Shown here: piece by piece, positions 29,714-38,969 of the stretch
Position numbering within the stretch: position 1 is the stretch's first letter
How the letters are laid out: the number at the start of each line of letters is the position of its first letter
Assembly (NCBI GenBank): GCA_963695335.1
Contig: OY968764.1
Location: 416,001 to 480,000, forward strand
Origin: an uncultured bacterium
GTDB lineage: Bacteria > Babelota > Babeliae > Babelales > Vermiphilaceae
DNA: 64,000 nucleotides
Reading direction: 5' to 3'
The notes under the pieces: model-generated
What the model was told of the DNA's origin: nothing
Seen by the model: the letters and a program-made list of their open reading frames with translations, nothing else
The model's database searches: none
Made by a program: the position numbers and the translations under genes

Positions 29714-30529
29714 ATGCAAATAAAAGTACATATTTTAAAGTCATTTACTAATGATAGTACCCAGGGAAATCCTGTAGGAATTGTATTTGATGCTGATAAT
29801 TTAACGGCTGAACAGATGATGAGCATTGTTCAAAAAACTGATTACTCAGAATGTGCTTTTGTTCAAAAATCAGATATTGCCACAGTCAAAGTAAGATTTT
29901 TTAGCCCAAAAAAAGAAATGAATCTTTGTGGGCACGCTACCATAGCATTATTTCATTTGTTAGTAGACCGCGATCGATCTATAAAAACCTTAACACAAGA
30001 AACGCTAGCAGGTATCTTATCCGTCTCAGAAAAAGATGATGGTATGATAGAAATGGAACAAGCAAATCCGATATTTTATCAACAAGAATATGATATTAAT
30101 GACATCGCTCAACTTCTTGGTATTGCTTCTGAATTAATAATTAATATTCCTATACGTGTTTCTACGGGAACCCCAAAATTGTTGGTAGAGTTAAAGGATA
30201 TAGCAACACTATGGGATTTGAAGCCAAATTTTGAATTAATAAAAGAGCTGGTACCGACAGGTATATATGCTTTTGTAAAAATAAATAATCATTTTTATGA
30301 TGCCCGACAATTTAATCCTTCAACTGGTGTAAATGAAGATCCTGTTACAGGAATAGCTGCAGGTGCGCTTGGAGCATATCTTAAAAAGTACCATTTGGTT
30401 GAGATGCCTATTGTTGTTGAACAGGGGCACATGCTTGGTAAAATAGGACAAATTTACGTTGATACCTATAATGGTATTAAGGTCGGCGGATATGCCGTAG
30501 AAGCCGGACAATTTATTTTGGATATATGA
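29714..30529 (+). CDS. PhzF family isomerase
   Basis: SFT....GNPVGIV, SECAFV, VRFFSP..EMNLCGHATIA, EDPVTGIAAGALG, VEQG. Confidence 0.93.
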   Translation: MQIKVHILKSFTNDSTQGNPVGIVFDADNLTAEQMMSIVQKTDYSECAFVQKSDIATVKVRFFSPKKEMNLCGHATIALFHLLVDRDRSIKTLTQETLAGILSVSEKDDGMIEMEQANPIFYQQEYDINDIAQLLGIASELIINIPIRVSTGTPKLLVELKDIATLWDLKPNFELIKELVPTGIYAFVKINNHFYDARQFNPSTGVNEDPVTGIAAGALGAYLKKYHLVEMPIVVEQGHMLGKIGQIYVDTYNGIKVGGYAVEAGQFILDI

Positions 30530-30558
30530 AAAAGGCCCGGAAATTTCCGGGCCATAAT

Positions 30559-31662
30559 TTATTCTTTGTCTAATGCGAAATAGCAGCGTTGTAACCATCT
30601 CCAGTTATCATAATCAATTTTAAATCCACATCGGCCGTGCATAACTTCCCAATTATTAAATAAAAGTAATGTGCCTTTTTTTAGATTGAAGTTAGTAAAA
30701 CACTGTTCTTTAAAGTCTTCACTTAATAGCATGTTTTTAATGAATTCCGATACAAATAAAGTATCTTCATCACAGCCTTCAGTTCTATTGTTTGTGGTAT
30801 TGAATTTGAATTTGCGCTCTCCTGTTTCAGATAGAGTGAGGATAGGCGCTAGAATTGATGTTTGATTTTTGCCAAATGTTGGACCTGTTTTTTGAATATA
30901 GTTTTTAGCCATTTGTTCTAAAAACCATTCATAACTTTTTTCTTCAGGCAAATGATTTTTTAAGTAATTCAGGATATCATCAAGCAAAATCACACTTGTA
31001 TCTACCTTTATATCTCCTCTTAATCCAATTAAAGAAAAGAATTTAAGAGCCGGCTCCTGGTAAACATTTTCAGTATGAGGACTAAAAGCAAGTGCCGATC
31101 CATAACTAGAAATCTCATTTTTGCTCTTTTCATCATCTCTGGGGATAATTTGATGTATGTAGGTACCATCTTTTTCGTTTTCATCAAAATCAGGATGTGC
31201 GCCAAGAAGGCTGCATAGACCTAGCAAACAAATCTCACTCACAAATCCCTTACCATTCACAGCATCTTCAAATTTGCTTGGTGGACAATCACCGTTACGC
31301 GGTGTCTGGGGAATGTATTTGTCTACAGGAAAATTATGAACTACCAAAACTGCAGGATTATTGTCGTTTTTCATTTGCAGTATGATATCAATTAAATCCT
31401 GAGGAAGATGATGTAATAAAATGTCTCTAGCAGGATTTTTATAATATTCCCAATTTTCATATGGATTTATATTAGCATCTTGAAGTGCTTGATTAATGAC
31501 TTCAGATACGGATGCATCAAGAGTGTATTCTACAATTGTTTGTGTTTTAATTTTGCGTACAACTATTTTTCCATCATTGCTTGATCTAAGTTCTTCAGTA
31601 TTTGTAAAAAGCACTGAAAAGCTGAACGAAAACAATAATAATATCGACGTAAATATATTCAT
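30559..31662 (-). CDS. Clavaminate-synthase-like Fe(II)/2-oxoglutarate dioxygenase with signal peptide
   Basis: PHTEN (HxE), LLLFNN.EVMHGR, RWLQRCY. Confidence 0.85.
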   Translation of the reverse strand: MNIFTSILLLFSFSFSVLFTNTEELRSSNDGKIVVRKIKTQTIVEYTLDASVSEVINQALQDANINPYENWEYYKNPARDILLHHLPQDLIDIILQMKNDNNPAVLVVHNFPVDKYIPQTPRNGDCPPSKFEDAVNGKGFVSEICLLGLCSLLGAHPDFDENEKDGTYIHQIIPRDDEKSKNEISSYGSALAFSPHTENVYQEPALKFFSLIGLRGDIKVDTSVILLDDILNYLKNHLPEEKSYEWFLEQMAKNYIQKTGPTFGKNQTSILAPILTLSETGERKFKFNTTNNRTEGCDEDTLFVSEFIKNMLLSEDFKEQCFTNFNLKKGTLLLFNNWEVMHGRCGFKIDYDNWRWLQRCYFALDKE

Positions 31663-31702
31663 AAAGTTCCTATAAAAATTAAAGTAATCAGAGGTGATTT
31701 AA

Positions 31703-32533
31703 TTAAGAACGCAACATGACCCAGTCTATTGCGGTTAAGCCGTTATTGTCTTTGAGGCTTTTATTAGGATGAAATTCATTGATAACATTTAGCATTTTCA
31801 TGCCGTTTGTGGCATCATCGCATTTCGCAGCAACGATTAAGGCCGTTTCTCCCTGTTGACCGCGAATATTGATATCGCTCCCATTTTTAATGAGAAAACG
31901 CACCATTTCAGGATTCAGTTTTTTTACGGCATACACAAGAGCAGGATCCGATAAAGAGGGATTAAAAGCATCAACATTTGCACCAGAATTTAGTGACTCT
32001 AGAGCCAGCCTTGCATCATCATTTATTAATGCTTTGGCTAAAAGATCATTAGCATTAATTGATTTTTGAAAGCACGCCAACCATTGTTTTGATGCTTTCA
32101 TATTTAAAGTTTTTACCACTAATGGCTTATTTATTTTAAATTTATGCGAAAGCGTTAGTGCAATAGTATCAATAGCGCCTTGTTCAGAGAGAAAAAAAAC
32201 ACTGTTTTTTGTGATTAAGGAGATGGCTCTAACATCATGCACTGCTTGCGCAAAATCATCGTTGTTTTGAATTAAGTGACGTGTCACAATGGCATTAATG
32301 TCGATAATATCTAAAGGAGAATGCAGAGCAAAGCCCAGCTCCCTTTTATCATCCTGATGAATATAAGATTCCTTTTTGCCATGAGAAAGATTCAGTGAAC
32401 CTAATTGATTAGGAGTGAAAGTTGATGAGTCAATATGTCTTTTTTTTGCATTTTGAGTATGTTGAACAACTTCCAATTCCATTGAGAATAGAGATACACT
32501 CATAAATGAGAGTATTAATGATGCTTTTTGCAT
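31703..32533 (-). CDS. Exported ankyrin-repeat protein
   Basis: Signal peptide then MELE; GANVDA, ALVYAV, GETALIVAA, GLTAID. Confidence 0.85.
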   Translation of the reverse strand: MQKASLILSFMSVSLFSMELEVVQHTQNAKKRHIDSSTFTPNQLGSLNLSHGKKESYIHQDDKRELGFALHSPLDIIDINAIVTRHLIQNNDDFAQAVHDVRAISLITKNSVFFLSEQGAIDTIALTLSHKFKINKPLVVKTLNMKASKQWLACFQKSINANDLLAKALINDDARLALESLNSGANVDAFNPSLSDPALVYAVKKLNPEMVRFLIKNGSDINIRGQQGETALIVAAKCDDATNGMKMLNVINEFHPNKSLKDNNGLTAIDWVMLRS

Positions 32534-33004
32534 ATAAATCCTGTTTAGTGAAATTTAATATATAAAAAATACGTGAAAAAGATGTGAGCATGAAAATGTG
32601 GTTATGTTGACATGATAAAATCCTTTTGAAAAAATTCACACTGTGTAGTTATTAAGAAAAATAATAATATAAATCGCTCAAAGAGTAAATAGCAAATAAG
32701 TCATTGAAATTATTTTTTTATATTGTTTGTTGTTTTTATTATTATTTTTATATAAAGCAACAATGTGTTTTGAGCGAAAAACAGAAGGGTAGGTATATTT
32801 TTGTTGCAATATGTGAGTATGCAACAAGCATATTTTCAGGAATAATATTGAAAATTTAGTGGTAGATCCAATTGCTGACTGATTTATGGTATATATATCA
32901 AAATAATTGATGATAAAAATAGATGAAAAACGTAGATAGTATTAGTAAGATATCATGTAATTTGTGTATTTTAGAGATTATTGAAAAAATATCATGAAAC
33001 TAAA

Positions 33005-33041
33005 CAAGCCCCTTAGCATACAGCGTAAGGGGTTGGTTTTT
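33005..33041. terminator. Terminator hairpin
   Basis: AAGCCCCTTAGC...GCGTAAGGGGTTGGTTTTT. Confidence 0.6.
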
Positions 33042-33957
33042 ATGTTAAATTTATTTGAGTTCACTAGAGGTCTTTGCCCCGCGTTGCATTAATATACGTA
33101 TTGCACCAGTTTTTCCGAGGGATTCTGCATAGTCCAATGGGGTTTGCATGTCTTTGCCATCAGGGTTAGCTTTAAGATTTATGTCTGCGCCAGCATTTAA
33201 TAAATTTTCGATTCCATCGTTCGCCACTTTGCTATTGTTATTCATCCAGATCGCAAAAAATAATGCTGGCATAGGAGAAAGATTACGTACTTCTGTAGTT
33301 ATATTCTGATTAATATCTATTCCATTCTTGAGGCAAAAGGTAATTACATTTTTGTCCCATTCATAAGAGCCATTATTCCATATTTTATCTATTATTTTAT
33401 CATAACCATGAAGTTTAAGCTGTTGTATTAATTCAAAAAAATCAGCCCTTATTTGTGAGGAACGAATGATCTCAAGTCCATTTTTTTGAATCATGTCTGC
33501 TATGGTTGGTACCTTCGAACCGTTATTCAAAATTTTAACACCAGCAAAATCTACTCCTTTAGCAACAAGCGATGACATAGTCTTGAGTATTAGAGGGTCA
33601 GTATTAGTTGATCTATAGGATCCCTGCATATTATTAAAAACATCCACAACAGCTTGAGCAACTGATTTTCCTTTGTAAGGAATATCAGTTTTTGCTCCAG
33701 ATTCAAGCAATGCATTTACTATGCCAAATTTTCCAAGTAATAATGCCTGCCATAAAGGTGTTTTACCATCCGATTCAACATTATTTATGTCAGCACCTGC
33801 GCTAATTGCTTTCTTAGCTCCCTCTATTGAACCATCAAGTATGGCCTTCATTAGTTGTGATTGAATTTCGGGGTTGACTGTAGGTTGGGTTGTTGGTTGT
33901 ATGGGAGTTATGGTTGTTGTTTGTATCCCCTTGGACTTTTCTTCTTCTTTTGTTCTA

Positions 33958-34807
33958 GGTTCTGTTGAGTTTTTGAAAAGATAAGTTTTGAAGTATGATA
34001 ACACCGAAAAAGCAAAAACCAAATCACTAAAACGGTGCTATCATGAAAAAAGAGTATATCAGCGAAATGGCCTGGAGCAAAATTTTTAATTTTTTAAAAC
34101 AGCAAAAAAACATTTATATAAAAGAAGAAAAGGACTGTAAAAAGTTTATAGAAGGGACATTTTGGATGGCAAGAACAGGAGCACAATGGAGAGAGTTGCC
34201 GGAAAAATATGGAAATTGGAATAGTGTGTTCAGCAGATTTAATGCTTGGTCAAAAAAACATATTTGGGAAAAATTACTCAGTTTTTGTGCAGAGGATCCC
34301 GATATGGAATATGTAATGATTGATGCCACGATAGTCCGCGCACATGCCTGTTCTGCTGGATATGATCAATTTAAAAATGAAGGACTGGGAAGAAGTAAAG
34401 GTGGTTTTACAAGTAAGATACATGCAACAGTAGATGCTTTAGGCAATCCTTTAAGATTTGTTATTACTCCTGGTCAGCGTAATGATATTACTCAGGCTGA
34501 TATTTTATTAAAAGATATTTCTGAATCATATGTAATAGCGGATAAAGGATATGATTCCACTGAATTACGTTCGAAATTAATAGAAAAAAATTGTGTTCCC
34601 GTTATTCCTCCAAGATCCAATCGTAAAGAACAATATCAATATGATGAACATCTATATAAAGAGAGACATGCGATTGAATGCTTGTTTTCAAAGATAAAAC
34701 ACTTTAGAAGAGTGTTTGCTCGTTTTGATAAATCGGCACGAAATTTTTTATCTTTTCTTTCTTTTGTGGGAACTTGCATATGGTTACGATGAAAACTCAA
34801 CAGAACC
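33958..34807 (+). mobile_element. IS5-family element copy 2 (850 bp, inserted in CTAG, TA duplicated)
   Basis: Same IRs and identical transposase as copy 1, inverted orientation. Confidence 0.95.
34043..34792 (+). CDS. IS5-family DDE transposase
   Basis: Protein identical to 18049..18798. Confidence 0.97.
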   Translation: MKKEYISEMAWSKIFNFLKQQKNIYIKEEKDCKKFIEGTFWMARTGAQWRELPEKYGNWNSVFSRFNAWSKKHIWEKLLSFCAEDPDMEYVMIDATIVRAHACSAGYDQFKNEGLGRSKGGFTSKIHATVDALGNPLRFVITPGQRNDITQADILLKDISESYVIADKGYDSTELRSKLIEKNCVPVIPPRSNRKEQYQYDEHLYKERHAIECLFSKIKHFRRVFARFDKSARNFLSFLSFVGTCIWLR

Positions 34808-35007
34808 TAGTTTGTTGTGTTTTAGCAATATGTTCACCAGCTTTTTGTGCTGCTTTTTCAAGTGCTGATAGAGTTTCTTCTAATGATGTTTTTTTATTCT
34901 TATTAGGTATTTCCGTTGCAAAAATGAGTGTTGAATATATGCCTAAACAAGCAAATAAAGTTTTGAGTAGTTTTACATTACACATAAAAATATCCATTAA
35001 TGGTGTT

Positions 35008-36648
35008 TTATAATTTTAAATTTTTATAAACCTTTTTTCTTAAGCCAATTTCGTGAATTTTAATTTCATGGTTTGCATCATCGACTGAAAAAATAATTCT
35101 ATAGCCGCCAATGCGTAATCGGTATTTGCCAGATCCATCTTTAAGTTTTTTTACATCACAACCATGATTAGGCCAATTTTTAAGTTGTTTTATACCATTC
35201 TTTATTGTGTCATTGAGTAATCGAGCGTTAATTTTTTTATCGATTAAAATTTCATATTGATTCTGTGCAGAAGAGGATGTAATGTTTGCAGTTTTAGGGG
35301 TTGAGGCGATATAGCTAGGAGTATTGGTTATTGGAGTTATTGATGCAGTTGATGTTGGAATTGTTGTCGATGTAGTCGATGTTGCTAAAGTAGTATTTAC
35401 AGGGGTTGTTTCTTCTGGTTCAGGTAAGGATGATTTTGTTTTTGAGGGTTCGGTGGATGTTTGAGGAGCAGTTTGTGTAGGTGTTGTTTGTGCCAACTGT
35501 TTGCCGCTTTTAATTGTTTGTTTTTTCGGTTCAATTTTTTTTGGCTGTTTTTTCCCCTGTTGTATTGTCTTTTTTTGTTGTTTTTGCAACTTTTCTTCAT
35601 TTAATTCTACAATAAAAGCGCGCATATTTTCATCAGCTTGTTTTTGAGAAATGATTGATATGCCATATTGGCTAAATAAATGTAATATGGCATTATTTCC
35701 TTTATCATAGGCTATATCTAAAGGTGTAATGCCGTACACGCTTTCTGCATTAATGTCGGCATTGGCAATGAGTAATGATTTGCAAATCTCTATATTTCCA
35801 AACCAAACAGCTGTATGTAAAGGGGTAAAGCCGCCAATTGTTTTTGAATTTACATCAGCACCTTTTTTTATAAGATAATTTACAATATTGAGATGTTGAG
35901 CTTTACAGGCAATATTGAGTGGAGTTGCTCCATCAGTCATTGTTTTTTCTTCTATATTAGCCTTAGCATCAACTAAGAGACGTACAATATTCAGTGTTCC
36001 AAATTGACAGGCTGCATGAAGTGCGCTTCTATTTTTTTTGTCTACAATATTTACATTAGCTCCTTTTTTGATTAAAAAATCAACGATTTGATCATGTTTA
36101 TATTCACAGGCAAATATTAAAGGAGTTACGCCTCTACCATTTTGAATATCTTTGTCGGCATCATGATCAATTAAAGTTTTTACAAGATCTAATAGACCTA
36201 ATTCACATACAAGATGGAGGGGCGTTCCTAGGTCTGTGTTTTGAATATTTGCATTTGCACCATTGTTGAGCAAAAGATTTACAATAGATATACGTTTAAA
36301 TTGACAGGCAAGATATAATGGAGAATCTCCTTCTTTAGACTGAGCATTTACATCAGCTCCTAGTTCAATCAAAAGTTTTGCTATATTAAAATCATTTTGT
36401 GCGCAAGCATAGAATAATGGGGTACCGCCCGTGGCATCACGAGCATTTGCATCAGCGCCTTGTTGGATAAAATATTCTATATTACTAGGGAGAGGTTTCT
36501 CTTTTTTACATTCACTAAATAATAGGTTGTTTAAAATAGTTTGTTTTTTTTCCAGTTGTTTTTCATTTGATTCCATTGTTAGTGTTAATGGTGCATAGCT
36601 CAGTAAGGCTGTCCATAGTATAGATAAACAAATAGTTTTACAATTCAT
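35008..36648 (-). CDS. Exported ankyrin-repeat protein with C-terminal RelE/ParE-like domain
   Basis: Signal peptide, ~9 ankyrin repeats, K/Q then T/S/P linker, DVKKLK...YRLRIGGYRIIFSVDD...I.IHEIGLRKKVY. Confidence 0.9.
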   Translation of the reverse strand: MNCKTICLSILWTALLSYAPLTLTMESNEKQLEKKQTILNNLLFSECKKEKPLPSNIEYFIQQGADANARDATGGTPLFYACAQNDFNIAKLLIELGADVNAQSKEGDSPLYLACQFKRISIVNLLLNNGANANIQNTDLGTPLHLVCELGLLDLVKTLIDHDADKDIQNGRGVTPLIFACEYKHDQIVDFLIKKGANVNIVDKKNRSALHAACQFGTLNIVRLLVDAKANIEEKTMTDGATPLNIACKAQHLNIVNYLIKKGADVNSKTIGGFTPLHTAVWFGNIEICKSLLIANADINAESVYGITPLDIAYDKGNNAILHLFSQYGISIISQKQADENMRAFIVELNEEKLQKQQKKTIQQGKKQPKKIEPKKQTIKSGKQLAQTTPTQTAPQTSTEPSKTKSSLPEPEETTPVNTTLATSTTSTTIPTSTASITPITNTPSYIASTPKTANITSSSAQNQYEILIDKKINARLLNDTIKNGIKQLKNWPNHGCDVKKLKDGSGKYRLRIGGYRIIFSVDDANHEIKIHEIGLRKKVYKNLKL

Positions 36649-37079
36649 ATTAATCCTTTAGAAAACAGTATTACCAATTCATTTTTAATTTAGGATAATA
36701 GCCATGAAATTCTCTTTGGTTATAAACACTGTTTTTTTATGATTTAACAATCAGGAATGCAAAATCAATAGTTGGGATAATGATTCATTACCCTTTTTTC
36801 TCATTGCAAATTTTTTTCAAGACTAAAGACACATCACTTTTCATACCAATTACATGATATAGGTGTATTTTTTTTGCCATTTGTTCTCTTGTAGTTCATG
36901 CACACTGAACATGTGATTTTTTGTCAGGTGTTGAACTGTCTCCAAGTTGTCGACAGTTTGTTTACGACAGTCTTGATAAACCGTGCCTTAAAGGTAAAGG
37001 CGCAAGTTAAAGTATTAAATATCATCGTGTTTTGGAGCTTGATATTGTGGTTTGTCTCAATGATTACGGACTTCCATAT

Positions 37080-37612
37080 TTATAATTTATCCTCATAGTA
37101 GAAATACTTATCTTTGAGTCTTCGATAGGTATCGTAATGCATTTTAGGGGGTTTTTTATATGCGTCGAGATCTCCGCCTTTTTGTTTGATGAGTTCTTTA
37201 ACTTTATCTTGCATATGAGCATGGCGCCATGTAGGACATAGGCGTTGGCTGGCATAGCTTAGGTTTAGACAGTTCCTGCAAAGAAAAATACTCTGCTCGG
37301 CAAAATAAAGAAAACGCATGCGTTTTTGGCATAATGGGCATTTAAAAAAATAGCGAAATCCGCCATAATTACAGGTTAATTTGTCTATAGCTATCATATA
37401 AGAGCAATTTTTACGATTTCTATAGGTTATTTTAAGTGATTGGGGTATGCATCAGCTTTGACGTCCAGTGGTTTTACCATGAAGCCGGTTATAGAGCGTT
37501 TTTTGGTGTTTTCTTTATAAAGTTTGAATGAGTCAATGGATGGTAGATTTGAGCAAAGCTTTTTTCGTACATGCTTCTTTTTTACTTTCCAATACCAGCC
37601 CCAATGTGTCAT
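37080..37612 (-). pseudogene. Frameshifted mobile-element-associated CxxC protein
   Basis: GGFRYFFKCPLC..CRNC.LSYASQ..KPPKMH..TY; one extra A in the A-run near 37430 would fuse it to ORF 37427..37612. Confidence 0.7.
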
Positions 37613-37803
37613 AAAATTTCCTTTATCGAAATAGATAGGTAAACCAGTCTTTAGGGTAAGATTATCCCTGATTTATAGGATATTAGCTATTACAATTAGG
37701 GGAAAAGTCGATAGGATCACTATTCCTTGGGGGCCTTTGACAGCTTTTATGCGATATGGCAACCTAAAAATAGGGAAATATTGTTTATTTAAGGGGGTTT
37801 TTT

Positions 37804-38190
37804 ATGAAAAATTTAAGGCTATTATCACCATTATTATTGTTATCAGCCATTCTATTGTTGTGTGGTTGTGGTGTTAAAAAGAAGCAATTATTGTCTACTA
37901 TTTCAAAGGGTATGCCTAAATATGAGATTAAAAAGAAGATGGGCAAACCTGTCGAGACTAGTACAACAATAAATTTGTATGGACAAGAAACTGAGGTATG
38001 GAAATATAGGCTTGCTACGGTTGATGAAAATCAAAGAGGCAAAAGGATAACGGTAACCGTTGTATCAGCAATATTTTTCTGGCCAGGTCTCTTTGCACTT
38101 CCCTTTATGGATTCTAAATATGATTATGATAACTATTTTGTAGAATTTCAAAATAATCATGTTCGTAGATGGGGAAAAAGTGTTGACTGA
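37804..38190 (+). CDS. Lipoprotein, BamE/SmpA-like domain
   Basis: Lipobox LLCGC; ISKGM.K.EIKK.MGKP, EVWKY, VEFQNNHV. Confidence 0.7.
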   Translation: MKNLRLLSPLLLLSAILLLCGCGVKKKQLLSTISKGMPKYEIKKKMGKPVETSTTINLYGQETEVWKYRLATVDENQRGKRITVTVVSAIFFWPGLFALPFMDSKYDYDNYFVEFQNNHVRRWGKSVD

Positions 38191-38245
38191 AGAACGCATA
38201 TAATTTTTAGAAAATTGAAGAAATTGCAATAACCAAAGGAAAAAT

Positions 38246-38596
38246 ATGAGAAAATTAATATTAATCACGTTAATGACATTGATCATTGGATTAGGACACA
38301 ATCAGCTTAATGCTGAAATGCGATATGATCCCGTGCAAAATGTTTTGTATTCACATCCACAGGATTCAAGTATCAATCATGTTGAATATGTGGGGCTTAT
38401 TGTGGCTTGTATTGAATTAAGTAATCGTCTTGTAGCAATGAATAATGGAAGACAAATACCGATAAAAGAAGACCTAGAACAAGCGTACGTTTATTTAAAG
38501 TCTGTCGGAACTCCTACGGCCCTTAGACTTATAAAAGATCTAAAGGCAAATGCTATTTATTATAAGAATGGCGCTTTTATGCGCAAGATATATTAA
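38246..38596 (+). CDS. Exported hypothetical protein
   Basis: AAGGA RBS, signal peptide. Confidence 0.6.
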   Translation: MRKLILITLMTLIIGLGHNQLNAEMRYDPVQNVLYSHPQDSSINHVEYVGLIVACIELSNRLVAMNNGRQIPIKEDLEQAYVYLKSVGTPTALRLIKDLKANAIYYKNGAFMRKIY

Positions 38597-38718
38597 ATAA
38601 ACAAGTATTATTGATTTAAGAGATATTTATAAGCTGGCTTTTCGTAATTGAGTATTAAATTCTAGAACTAGTGGTGCCATTTTTTTCCAATTAAAAGTTC
38701 GAAGTGTATCGCATGTCT

Positions 38719-38902
38719 TCCACCAGTCTTCGCCCTTACAGGCTTCGTCTGGCTGCGCCGCAAAAGAAAGAGTTAGCAAATATAAAAAGTTTGATAGCAG
38801 AAGGCGAAGACTGTCCGACGTAGCTTTAGCGTAGACGGACGGCTTGGTACGGTTTGCCCTTCGTAGCTTGTTAGAGCGTAGTAGGGCCAGCTTCTTAAAG
38901 GT
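38719..38902 (+). repeat. Direct repeat right copy (attR-like)
   Basis: Preceded by degenerate GTTCGA...ATCGC; starts TCCACCA. Confidence 0.95.
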
Positions 38903-38910
38903 CATTATAT

Positions 38911-38943
38911 AAAAGAGGTTTGGAATTTTCCAAACCTCTTTTT
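38911..38943. terminator. Bidirectional terminator
   Basis: AAAAGAGGTTTGGAATTTTCCAAACCTCTTTTT. Confidence 0.8.
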
Positions 38944-38969
38944 GTTATCACGTAAAATTAATTTTCAAT

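Larger units (their letters stand above)
33051..34997 (-). pseudogene. Exported ankyrin-repeat protein disrupted by IS5
   Basis: N-terminal signal part (34808..34997) joins the ankyrin part in frame (..KTQQTR|TKEEEK..) once the IS and one TA are removed. Confidence 0.9.
29155..38940. mobile_element. Degenerate island at the tmRNA 3' end bounded by 184-bp direct repeats; no intact integrase
   Basis: 29155..29338 matches 38719..38902 with 2 mismatches, both starting at TCCACCA; both followed by the same terminator. Confidence 0.75.

Noticed and set aside
32534..33050. Very AT-rich gap as replication origin or ncRNA
   Set aside because: No DnaA-box cluster, iterons or convincing structure seen
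33958..34022. N-terminus of ORF 33051..34022
   Set aside because: Lies inside the IS; the true N-terminus is at 34808..34997
18034..34807. Composite transposon formed by the two IS5 copies
   Set aside because: Each copy has its own TA duplication and interrupts a separately restorable gene, so they are independent insertions
38627..38905. 92-aa ORF as a real gene
   Set aside because: Mostly the direct repeat read antisense; only the last ~32 codons are kept as a possible recombinase remnant
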